Origin: Vicugna vicugna | Lineage: Eukaryota | Assembly: GCA_013265495.1 (NCBI GenBank) | Contig: MU058584.1 | Location: 2,918,508-2,982,507 of the forward strand | Direction: 5' to 3' | Length of the DNA stretch: 64,000 nucleotides | Shown: one piece after another, positions 52,878-64,000 of the stretch | How positions within the stretch are numbered: position 1 is the first letter of the stretch | Layout: each line of letters starts with the position of its first letter | The notes under the pieces: generated by a model | Seen by the model: the letters and a program-made list of their open reading frames with translations, nothing else | What the model was told of the DNA's origin: nothing | Databases searched by the model: none | Program-made: the position numbers and the translations under genes

Positions 52878-54817
52878 AAATGAATAGCTGAATAATCAAA
52901 CAAAATAAGACAATCCAAGGAGTTTCAGCCTTTTGTTTTTGTCAGCATGGTTAATCATAAAATTCATAATCATACAATTCAAAAGTTTTTCTGGTTTAGT
53001 CCATATCTCTGGAACAATAAACAATAGTTTTTCTATCTTATTTTTTTAAGATATCTATCTTTCCAAGCTAATGGGTGGTTTCTGTTTTCTCCTTGGTGCT
53101 TTCCTGCATTCTCTAAATGTTTTCTGGTTAATCTCTTGATCCATATCAAATCAGTCATCTGATAAAAATCAGAAAATTTGAAGGAAAGCCTTAAAGAAGT
53201 TGAAGTCTGCAAATATGATTGGACTTTCTTTAATTCAGGTAGTTGAGTAATGTCATGGCTAAAGATGATCATTCAGAGTGCCAAATGGTCATTGCATTGG
53301 GTTTTGAGGACCAGGGTAGGGGATAAATTCCAGGTAATAAGATTAAAAAAAAAAAACAGAATAATTTTTAAGCACATTCTTCTAATTCAAAGATGACAGG
53401 TCCTACTAAATGGGGGTGAGGGTAAGAAAATTACTTCTGAGTTATTACAGTGACCCTGCTAGACCAGCATTTGATAATTATCAGCAGCCTCTGTTCATGA
53501 AGGCTCTTACGGTTTTCATGCAGTCTGTTAGGGTCAGCCGCTCTACCCTCTCCTTCCCCACACCTGGTCCTTTGGTGACCACCTGCTGGAAAGCATTTCA
53601 TCCCACCATCACCCTCCCAGGCCCCCTGCCCCAGACCCACCCACAATGGGCACCTTGACTTCGGACCTGAGCTGTCTCCCCAAGTGTCCGAAAGGACAGC
53701 AGCTCTGTGTCCTAGGCTTCCTCGATCACTTTGGGGGCTGATATTGTATTCCAGTGTCCTAGACTTTTTGATGAAAGCTCTCTTCCAGGTTGAGAGTATG
53801 AACCATAGATAAAAGAACAAAAAAAAAAAGAAACTGAAGGATCAGCCTGCTCAGAGAGCAGTAACTTAGACAATGGTGCCACCCATCGGTCAAAAATAAA
53901 AGTGCAACTGGTCTTTTCACCAAATTTGGAGTGATTAAACGGAACATTTCACGTGGATTTGGAATGGGCAGTAGCTGGATTTTTTGTTTTTTATTGAAGT
54001 GTACTCGGTTTACAATGCTGTGTCAGTTTCTGTTGTACAACATAACGTTTCGTTCCTACATATACATATCGAATGTTTAAATCATTAGTACTGGCGCTTT
54101 GACAATAAGGCTTTTATATTTACAACACAATCACAATTACAGTGGGCCTGTGAGCAGGGGCTGCAGCAGAAACTGAGATTCTGGGAACTGGAGTAGGAAA
54201 TCAGTTCAAACCCTAAAAGAGAGTGAAAGGCAAGAACGGTTGGACAAATGGCTCTAATTAGAAACATAGTTGGAGGAAGGGAAGACAACAGCCCCGGTAG
54301 ACTGATCTCCAGTACACCACACACTGACTGAACTAGGCAACTTCACGTGATGTATCTAATTTGATTCCCACTAAAACCCTGCTGGACTGGCACTTCTGCA
54401 CTCATTACTAGAGTGGGAGGGGCCAGAGAGGCTACAGATTTGCATAAGCTCACAGCTCAGCCACAACAGGGCTGAAGTCAGGTCTGTCTGTCCTTTTCCC
54501 AAAGTCCATTCTCATTCTACCAGCTGGAAACCACCTGTTCTCACTTCTCAAATTTGTGTAGGGCAGACATGGAGCCCATAAGGTGGTTTTCTTGTTTTGA
54601 TCACGGTGTCCTGCTGGGGTGTCAGATAACGGAAGTTGGTGCTTTCGGTTTTAAAATTGAAATGTTGAACAGAGGGATGCATGTCCTGGGAAATCTGGTG
54701 CTCTGGATTCTCTGTACCCAGGAAGGGCTCTTTTCTTCTCTCTCTCTCTCTTTCCTGCCCCATCTCTCTTTCCCCTTTAAAATCCTCTGCTTAACTACAG
54801 ATCCGGTAGCAGTTTAT

Positions 54818-55140
54818 GGCTGTGCTATCCAGTTCAACAGCCACTAACTACAAGTGGTGGTTGAGCACTTGGAATGTGGTTATTCTAAACTGACATACCC
54901 TGTACGTGTAAAATACACACTAGATTTCTAAGACGTCCTACAAAAATAAAAATATAATCTCACGAATGATCTTTATATGGATTACATGGTGATGTGGTAC
55001 TATTGTTGGATATATTAGGTTAAACAAAGTATAGGGTTAAAGTTAATTTCACCCGTTTCTTTTGACCTTTTGGTGGGACTACTAGAAAAACATTTAATTA
55101 CATATAAGGATAGCACTTTATTTCTATTAGAGAGCACTGT
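54818..55140. mobile_element. MER33-like hAT-Charlie element
   Basis: gctgtgctatcca...gagcacttggaatgtgg...gtgtaaaatacacactagattt...tttctattagagagcactg. Confidence 0.75.
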
Positions 55141-57309
55141 TCTAAAGTCATGCGAACATGCTTTCATAAATAAAGGCATTTCATATGTTAACTAGAACAA
55201 GATCATGGATATGAACCAAAATCTATTCCTTCCTTAGTTGACAGACAGAAAACTGCCAGCTGAGATTCAGTTAAGACAACTGTGATTATAAACCAGGAGT
55301 TTCACACCGTGGAGAAACTAATGAAGCTTGATTTTCTCTGGCTGTATGTATAGGTGACCATGCAGGCTGTATGACATTGTTCCCTAATCATCCCAAAGCT
55401 TTTACCCTACCGATTATATTAATAACAGTATAATTTACATACTAGAAGCATATACATAGAAGACCTATCAGGCTTAACAAAGAACTTCACATTCTTATGG
55501 TAAAGAAAGTAGAACCATTGCTGTTCCACTCAGAAGTGTGTTCCTAAGGTTGTGGAATCTTCTCACCCCCTATCTGGTTCAGGGTTTTTAAAATGCATGG
55601 AAATCTTATTGGGTCGCATCCTAAGATTAAAGCAATTCAACCTCCAAGGCTCAATTTCAGGCTACCTGGGGTTTCTCACCAGGTTTTTCTTATCTCATCA
55701 AAAACAACCCTGGAAAAATGGCGCTAGAGAAATCTACAAGCCAATGGACCCTTAAAGATAGGACATATTCAAAAGGGATTTAAAGAACCAGTTCAGTCAA
55801 TGGCTCCCACGAATGACAAACCATTGGTCCAAACCACATGGAGTTACCTCCACTCAGTGGTGACTTGGGACTAGAACATGTCAGCAAGGATGAGCACCCA
55901 CAGGAACGCTGCCTGCCTGCCCAAGAATTTTGAAGAGCCTCGTTTTGCTTTGGAGACAGGCTCTACGACCATCATGATGCTGAGTTTCCAGGGTCAGCAG
56001 GTAGAGGATGGACTAATTGATTTCTCAATTTCACCTTCAAAACCAGACTCTGACCTTCAGCTCTCTGCAGAAAGGAACAGACCCAAAGAGTTAAACTGAA
56101 GTTTAAAAATGGCCTTGGTCTGAGGTCTCCTAGGAGCCCATTTGAACAGCACACGATGCAAACTCAACAGATATCTTTTGCCAGCTCTTCTCAATTTTCT
56201 CTGCTATGTGTGATATTTTCCATGGACGAGACCAGAGATGTTGGCTGTAAATGATAGTCAGATGTTTCAACAATTTTGTTGCTGAAACATGATAATTTCC
56301 AGAAGCCCCTTTTCTGTACGTGGTGTCTTTTGGTAAGACCCACCACAAACAAAATGACTTGTATGAGAAGAATGGCAAAAGATCTGGAAATTAACCAGGA
56401 AACTGGACCGTAACATGCCTCAAACAAAACAAAAAATCATTAATAGGAAACAGGCCAGTTTTTAGGGGTCACAGAAAGACTATACCCTAGGTTCTCAGCA
56501 ACTGGCTATGTTTCAAAGTCAGTAACCTCCAACTTGTCAGGGAGGATTGTGGTTAATGCTGCGAAAGACATGTGCTGAAAGGTTTCCAGTTGCCCTTAGA
56601 TTCCTGAATTTCTATTCAGGGTATCATACCACACATGTGCAAAACAGAAAAGTCTGGTAAAATTTAAATGAGTCCTGCTGTAAGGAAACCCAACATATAA
56701 AATCTTAACTTATAAAATCAATATATTAGAAGGTTGTGATTTATATCAAAAAAGGATTAACTTCAATATTTTAAATGAAATTTTTCTCATCCAGATAGTA
56801 AGTTGAGTAACATGAAATATCCAATACTTCACTGTTTTCACCAAATAAAATCAAAATGCTGACAATCCCATGTGGTTCAAGGTATACATTTCAATAACAA
56901 CATGGGTGCTAGAAAAGTTTAAAGAGAGAATTAGAAATGCCTACTAATTTCAAAGTGGCAGAAATTTTAAAAAAGTTTAATGCTTCTCAAATAACAATTC
57001 AAAGTCAACAGGAAAATATTTTGTTCAACATTTTCAATTTTGAGCTACATAATTTTTCAGTAGCACATCTATAGTACTACAGGATGTCGTCAGTGATAAC
57101 TAAGAATTTTGGTAATGGTTTGATAATGCCTAAAATAATAGTAATACAGTCCATACTGATACAGTTTCACATTTCAAAGCAGCCTTAATTGAAATGAATC
57201 TATTAAGCCATGCCCCCAAATCTTTTGTGAAAATGAGACAAAGATGGAAGAGAGGGAGCAAAAAAAGAAACACACAGACAAATTTTGATAACCAGAATAT
57301 ATACATCCA

Positions 57310-57409
57310 ATGCTCAATTCGGCAGCACATGTACTAAAACTGGAACAATACAGAGATTAGCATGGCACCTGCACAAGGATGACACACAAATTCATATTTT
57401 TAAAAAAAA
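57310..57409 (+). pseudogene. U6 snRNA retropseudogene
   Basis: TGCTCAATTCGGCAGCACATGTACTAAAACTGGAACAATACAGAGATTAGCATGGCACCTGCACAAGGATGACACACAAATTCATATTTTT followed by A8. It has two internal deletions versus U6 and a degenerate TSD. Confidence 0.92.
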
Positions 57410-57699
57410 CTCTATATATGTATATCCAAATGAGGATTTCTTTTCAAAGGATCCCCCATGGGAAGCCATATGTCTACTTCCAGGTGACATGACTACATTG
57501 CTCAGAATGTCTAGGGAATTCCTCTTGGAAATATCTTCAAAGCTATATAAGAAAACCAGTACATTACCTAATAGTCATATTTCTCCTTTTTCTTCTTCTT
57601 CCTTTTAAATTCCAAACTGGGATCAACCAGCTATTAACCTGCTATTTCACAAACTTAGATCCAAATACTTTGGGGTTATTTACTAAAATCTGTACATAA

Positions 57700-57945
57700 T
57701 TTGTCCAAACCCATAGAATGTACAACACCGAGAGTGAACTGTGCAATAAACTATAAACTTTAGGTGACGATGATGTGTCAAGGTAACATTGTTCATCAAT
57801 TATAAGTGTGTGTACACTCTGGTGAATGATAGGGGGTGCTAGGCATGTCTGGGGTCAGGCGGTACATGGGAAATCTCTGCTCCTCAATGTTACTGTGAAC
57901 ATAAAACTGCTCTTTAAAAATAAAATCTTAATTTGAAAAAAGGAA
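57700..57945 (+). mobile_element. Old L1 3' UTR fragment
   Basis: tttgtccaaacccatagaatgtacaacaccgagagtgaac...aaaactgctctttaaaaataaa. Confidence 0.75.
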
Positions 57946-58579
57946 GAAATTGCATTCATACAAAAAAATAAAATTCAAACTATTTGAGAGAGGGAAATTT
58001 GTCTACACTGAGGATATCCAAGAATGCCTGGTACATGATCCCACTTTCCTTCTTGTCTGCTTATTCCTCATCTTCTCCATGAGTTCCCTCCACCTCTGAG
58101 AAGAAAAAGCAGTCTGTTATGGTTAAACCAAGGCGATTAGGAATGGTGGGTAAACCCATATGGTGGGTAAATGTCGCTAACACTGGCCAACTCCAATCCC
58201 ACTCTGGGTGACTTCAGTATATTCCTTTATTCTTTCTGCATCTGTTAACGTATCTGAGAATACGGCGGGGATTCGTGATGCAATCTCTCTACGTGGGAAG
58301 AAATACAAATGTCCAGCAAGCATATAAAAGACAAGAAGAGAACCTGGCTTTCTCACAGATGACGTATGCAAATAAGAAGGGGCTGGCTGACAACGTTTTC
58401 ACCGTTTATTTTCAACAGGTACCTTGACCCATAAAATAAAAGTATTTCTTATCCCCATGCCAAAGCAAGTGGATTTTTACTTTGAGGGTGACAAATAAGA
58501 ATACAAGTGACAGAAATGAGGCAGTCGAGGCTATCCTATCTCTCCTGCCAATCTGGAAAAGCTTGCTGAGGAAACTGAG

Positions 58580-58880
58580 GTCAGTGTCCCTGCCATTCCG
58601 GGGTCCACTCCTGGCTCCGCGCTCCGTGGAACTGCAGGCCCCGCCCCGGAGCTTCCGCGTTGCTAAGGTAACGGGCCGCTTCTGAGATGCTGCCACCCAC
58701 CCAGGGGCCCCCGCCCCGGGGCTCGCATTTTCAACCTGCTTCCACCGCAGCACAGATACGCAGAGAGTCTGCTCAAAGGGACCAGCCCTCTCTAACGTGC
58801 TCTCAGCGATTCACCAATCAGACGCTGCCACTTACAGCCCGAAACTGAATGGTCAGATTCCCAGGGAGGGCGGGGTTGGA
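58580..58880. promoter_or_regulatory. Small CpG-rich promoter-like element with RFX X-box, GC boxes, ETS-like site and CCAAT
   Basis: GTTGCTAAGGTAAC at 58659-58672 (X-box), CCGCCC at 58641 and 58711, CTTCCG at ~58652, CCAAT at 58814-58818, GGGCGGGG at 58868-58875. CpG is locally enriched. Confidence 0.65.
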
Positions 58881-59202
58881 GAAGAGAAACAGAACGGAAA
58901 TGGGAGCTGCTTTTTGCTTGCCCTGTGAGATGGTCACTAGTCAGTAATGCCCAACGTTCCAGTTAGGGAAGGGGCTGGGACCCTTCGTCAGGGGTTCCTG
59001 TGGGGCTAGGAAAGCAGTGTCAGAGGAACCCAAGGAAGTGAGAGTCCCCTGGATGCATGCAGGGAGGTGGGAAGGACCCCGCAGAGCCCACTCCTCCGAT
59101 CACACGCTGCTGGATCCTGGCAGTACCCTTTGCCAGCATCTGATAAACCCGTCAGAGGAGGTGACTGGATCACCAACCCCAGGATTTGCTCCCTGGGAGC
59201 AA

Positions 59203-59258
<56 letters not shown>

Positions 59259-59263
59259 TATTA
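59203..59263 (+). repeat. (TAT)n microsatellite
   Basis: About 20 units, read directly. Confidence 0.95.
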
Positions 59264-59699
59264 CCCGTAGGAGGGGACAGTTGCAGAAGGTCATATGAAA
59301 GTCCGTAATTGTGTAGGCTCAGGAAGGATTTGGGCATGTATGTAGGTGAAGTAAGGCTCTCAACTGAAGAAGAAAATGTTTTGTTTAGTTTTTCAGAGGA
59401 AGCAAATACTGTCAGCAAAAAGTGACTGCAGTGAGGTGACAGGTATTCTGCCAGCCCCATTCTGCAGACCAGCAAGACCGCATAGCAGGGAACAGGGTTT
59501 CAGGGATAAAAGAAGGACAAAGATTACAAAAAAAAAAAAAACAAAAAAAAGGAAAGAAAGGGAGAGAGAGAGAGAAAGAGAGAAAGAAAGAAAGAGAGAA
59601 AGAAAAAAGAAAGGAAGAAAGAAATGAAAAGTCTAGACAAAGAAAGGAAACAGCTGAACTGGGAGAGAGAGAGGGTGGTAGAGAAGCAGCAGCAGAAAA

Positions 59700-60968
59700 T
59701 GAAAATTCTCTAAGCTTCTGCCCTGCAGATAAGATGACCGTATTTCCTGGTCCGCCGTCAGGATACATGAGCAAGAGCTGCTGTACTTATGGAGAAAGTT
59801 GAGGTTGATTTAAATTAGTTCTGCTCTGAAAATCCAGGATGTCTGTTTGTCACTCCTAGGGTTGACTGGACTCATAGGCTGGGAACTGCCCGGGTACTGG
59901 AAGATTACAGGACTCCTGAATGCCTGGAGAAGAATTCTCATCCATCAGCACTCAGAGTGGGGAGAATACTGTCATCAAGAATATGGCCAAGCCTTCATCT
60001 GAATTATTGTAAATTCACTTCAGTGTTTTTCATCAAATGCACGTAAAACTTGAAATCGTGCTTCTCTGCTGTGCTCACCTTGTCCTTTTTCTGAAGGTGT
60101 GCCTGTTCTGAGAGGATAATAAGGAGGATTTCTTTTAAGCCCTGTGTGCATGACGTCTTTATACTTTTCAATTCCTTGTCTTACTCCATCCCCTCCTCTT
60201 CTGCCAATGCGCCTGGTTCAGCCACCAGGTTCTCACAATGGCTCACTGAAGTCACTCCCCACAAGCTCAAATCGTTACTCTGTTTCATACTTTTTTTCAA
60301 GCTTCTTTCTGATTTCCATAGAGAATGCTGTAATTCTGAACTTACTATGTAGACAGTCCCTTTTCCAGGAGCGTTACTAACGCAAGGAAAGCTCTCTTTC
60401 CCACCATGGACATAACCGGTGCTGCTTACCTTGGGCTTTGACGGTCTTCTCGCTCTGTCTCATGAAACCAGCTTTACTGCCATTAATTTTCACTCCCTTG
60501 AGCAGCTCTGCTCCGTCAGTTCTCCTTTTGTCCCTCAAGAGTTTCTCTGGTTTCATTTTTGAATTTTAAGAGCTGGGATCTATCTTCATTTGGAGTCTAG
60601 TGTCTTGTTCCTCAAAGGGCTCTGTAACTGTATAGCGGTGCGAGGGGTGTTGGAAACAGCAGGCTGGCTCTTTAATTTTCCAACAACTTAAGTGGCAGTT
60701 GTTCAGCGTCTACTGTTTCCTGACTCTTCCTTTTCCCTTTTCATACAGCTGATCCACCTTACTGATGTTTTAAGTCACTCTGTCCTCTAGTATTTAGATG
60801 AGTCGTATCACAGGCTTTCAAGCCATTTGAGAGTACAAGCAAGACTGTTCACGTCTAGATCTTATCTCTGTTGTCCTTAAGTTCTCAGCATCACTTCCAC
60901 CCTATGGGCAGGTGGTGTGTGTTGTTCTTTGATTTCACCTTGTATCCATTTAAACGGACCTCTGCGTG
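59700..60968 (-). pseudogene. Possible large decayed coding exon (low-complexity K/E/S-rich)
   Basis: About 1.2 kb without recognisable repeats, purine-rich on the minus strand, preceded by acceptor ttttttttcttcccacggcttAG. Long frame segments such as TGYVHGGKESFPCVSNAPGKG...EEEGME*DKELKSIKTSCTQGLKEILL are broken by isolated stops. Confidence 0.35.
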
Positions 60969-63900
60969 CTAAGCCGTGGGAAGAAAAAAAATCGAGTAAG
61001 AATTGCCCTCCCCGACTCCCGCTCTTTCTTTATATGTTAAAATGTCAAATACTCTAGACTCTCCCATTTATTCCTGAATAGTCTGAATGTTTGAGAAAGA
61101 GGTATTCATTGGAGAACAAAAAGATGAATGGAAAGAGCTGAAGCGAAAGACATCTCAAGAGCACCTGCTCAGGGGAAGCCGCTCTGGAGGACAGACTACT
61201 CGGGTAGGACACACAGAGTTCACGGGCAGATCTGGACCCAACGTTCTAAATGGAATGAAGGCATGAGGGAGACAGCACATGCTGAGGGTTATGAACACAA
61301 ACTCTTGGGTTCAGATCCCCACTCTGGCACCTCCTATCTGGGTGACCCTAGACAAGTTTTTCAGCCTCAGTCTCCTTATCTGTAAAAGGGAGATAGAATG
61401 GTACCAACTTCTTAGGGTTGTTGTAAAGATTAAGTGGATTAATTATATGAATTGCTTGGAATAGGTTATAAAACCACAGTCCCAACCCCACAGCAGTTTG
61501 CCACCATGTGAGTGTCTCTGGCAGGACCATTCTTTGGATAAAGAGATGGGGGCATAATTTCTCATACTTGCTTGTTCCTTTCTTGCCATAGGCCATACTT
61601 GGTGTGCAGGATATTAATCAAGCAAACAAGCTTTTGCTTAAAATTCAGTGAAAGCATCACAATCTGGTTTCATTTCTAATACAGTACAAGGTTGAGTGTG
61701 AACTCTCATGGATTGATGATGTAATTTCCCATTAAGTTCCACTCTGACCGTGCCAGTAGCAGCAGCAGCTTAGAAGGAAACACACCAGAACCTCCCCTAT
61801 TCCCTGTCCCTCTCTCCATCGCTCTCAGAATTCCACAGTTTGATCCTTTTTGCTACCAAGGAGAGGCCAAAGAAACCAGTGCCCTGAAACCCATCACTGA
61901 AATTAAGTGTCGCTGGTGGGCACAACTCAAGTGACTTTGACTTTCAAAGGAAGATAAGGATAACAGGAACTGAAAAGGGAGTGAGAGAAGTGAAGTATTT
62001 GGTGGGAACTGATAAGGTGGCCACAAGGTGGCACAGAATGACAACCAGAGTGCTCCCTCCCTCCCAAGTGACTCCATTTTCAATGAGGGCTCTGTCGCTA
62101 CTGCCCTGACTCTCTTCCGTCTTATTGCCCTGAAAAAGCTCTCTTTGCATCTTCTTTCTTCTTCCACATTCCACAATCTGTGGTCCTTTCTCTTCCCCTA
62201 GCCCCTCTTTCCTTTGAAAAGTTCTCAATGCTCATTGTTAGAAGCAAACATGGGTTCCTTTCTTCCCCAGTTGACCCTGATGGCTGGTCCTGTACTCAAC
62301 AACAACTCCCTACTTCTGGAAAGCGTGTATCTCTAACTCAAACTTTCAGTGGAATCTGAGCAAGACACACAGCAGGGTTCCAGTGGGTTTAACATCCCAC
62401 CAGTCAAACTAGGGTCCAAAAGGGCTGAGTAATGAAATGCTATTGGCTGATCTTATGTTACCTTCAAATTTTTCCTGAGCAGTATCTGTCTGAGTTCTTT
62501 AGATGATCTGATCTTCTACTGAGGACATAGATTGGGGCATTAAAATTAGGAGAGCACTGCCTCGCCGGATTTGGGTTGAAGTCATTACCCAAAGACAAGT
62601 GGCTTAGGAATCAGGAAACCTGATTCTATTCCCAGCCCTGGCCCTTATCTTGTGTTGTTAGGCCAGTTACTTCATTTTTCTGAATGGCATCTCATTATCT
62701 ATAAGGTAGGTAAGATAACCACCTTGTAAGATTTATAATACCTGTAAAACATCTTACTCAATAAATATTAGCTCTCCCTTTTCCCCTTGTATGCGCAATG
62801 AAAGACTCGATTAGATCTCCAGGCCCCTTCCAATGGAAATATTCTGTGTTCGGTCTTATCATCAAGATGACTGTCATAAATTAAGATTAGCAGCAAGTGA
62901 ATTATAACATATCTCCTGAGTTGAGAACAGGATTGCTTCATGCTTCTCAGAGCATTCTCCACCTCTCCTTCCTCTCCAAACCTTTTCAAGTGTTTGAAGA
63001 CGTATACCAGCGTCCTGTCCCTCAACCAAGAGCCACAGGTGAACAGGGAGTGGCCCCAGCCTCAGGCAGAGCCACTCTAGAGTGGGAAGGCTCAGAGACC
63101 TCCCAAAGTGCTGTGTCCCTGTGAAGAGGCTCACACTGTGATGCTTCCCTCAAGAGCGGCTTCCTTTCTCTGCTCCTGTTACATCCTCTCAACCCCAGAG
63201 ATGCTCGACTGCCAGTGTCAAGGATGCTCTGGTTAGAAGCGAATGATTACACAAGCATCAGCTCTTCTTACAAACTCTGACGCCTGAGCCCAATGTGCCT
63301 AACCTGGAAGACACGCTGTACATCTCTGGAAGCTGACTGGAGTGTCTCTGAGGAGTCAAGAGAGGAGGGAGCCCAGAGTGGACACGGAGCAATCAGACTC
63401 AGACAGAAGGACGTCGCTTCCGCCACTAACAGGAGAGGGGTACCTAGGGTTGGGGAGGCTGAGGGAGAAAAATCGAGCAGAAAAAAGAGAAGAGGAGATG
63501 GGAGTTGGAGGAATTCTTTCCTGACAGCCTTTATTTTCTCAGTGAAGTAGAGGGGAGGTCATTCACTCGGTGTGAAAGGAGAGGTGGGGAGGAAAGGGCC
63601 TTAGAAGAATGGTAAATGTTTTAAAACCTGTTTAAAATAAGAGGCGAGGAAGTAACTAACTAGGGACACATAAAATCTCCAGACTTATGTGAAACATGCC
63701 TAAGATTAGAAACCATCATATTTTGGGTTTCCTGAGAAGCAGACCTTGGATAGGGAAGGGCCTCAGCAGGATTCAGAATTTCTGGTCGAATTCCTACTCC
63801 TAACCCCTTACGCATCTGGAACTAGGCAATCTCAGAAAGGGGCCTTCAGTATGTCTATCCGCTCTGTCAGGTTCAGTCCTTCTGCCCTCATCCAAATATC

Positions 63901-64000
63901 CTAAAAAAAACAACCCACTGATCTTGGCAAGCTGAGCCAATTGTCCAAGGCTTCCAAAGGAGGGCTTGTCTCCCCGCTATACCCATCAACCCTAATCCCT

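Larger units (their letters stand above)
32654..58288 (-). pseudogene. Decayed multi-exon (non-processed) HEAT-repeat gene, HEATR9/HEATR4-like
   Basis: Minus-strand exon candidates, nearly all with polypyrimidine-AG acceptors and GT donors: 58288-58203, 56418-56169, 56064-55902, 55620-55567, 54685-54545, 53158-52976, 49440-49261, 49045-48947, 47291-~47216 (GC donor), 46911-46813, 45008-44939, 41284-41205, 39293-39227, 39163-39101, 38968-38836, 36145-36019, 35223-~35160 (GC donor), 34677-34599, 32775-32654. Many are phase-compatible in series. HEAT-like peptides include LLRWTAAFVLW, VSAASLALWVL, ERRVEAVAM, LQGCRALVKI, SIRTIIARA*GQ and RALGLGKCEML. There are multiple in-frame stops and frameshifts. 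Confidence 0.65.

Noticed and set aside
59017..59475. Poly-Ile/Tyr/Asn ORFs
   Set aside because: Products of the (TAT)n microsatellite.
58580..64000. MGST3 first or coding exons, expected downstream by human synteny
   Set aside because: No MGST3-like coding sequence recognised; it probably lies beyond the window.

Overview
Mammalian genomic DNA, most likely a camelid, judged from six copies of a tRNA-derived SINE matching the camelid Vic-1 type. The only intact gene I can support is LRRC52 (+ strand, 2 coding exons at 12592-13213 and 28020-28345, 315 aa), the LRR/TM gamma-2 auxiliary subunit of BK/SLO3 K+ channels. The remaining sequence is rich in L1, L2, MIR, MaLR/ERV LTR and hAT DNA transposon relics and includes a U6 retrocopy. 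The main unexplained signal is on the minus strand: more than 20 short segments bounded by mostly canonical splice acceptors and donors, often phase-compatible in series, with protein-like translations broken by stops and frameshifts. One set (~32.6-58.3 kb, possibly to ~61.6 kb) reads as a HEAT-repeat protein resembling HEATR9/HEATR4. A second set (~8.6-24.9 kb) is interleaved antisense with LRRC52 and reads as BTB plus BACK-like domains. Together they look like one or two decayed, intron-containing (non-processed) genes. A small CpG-rich promoter with an RFX X-box lies at ~58.6-58.9 kb. Family assignments rest on manual translation and recalled reference sequences, not database searches.
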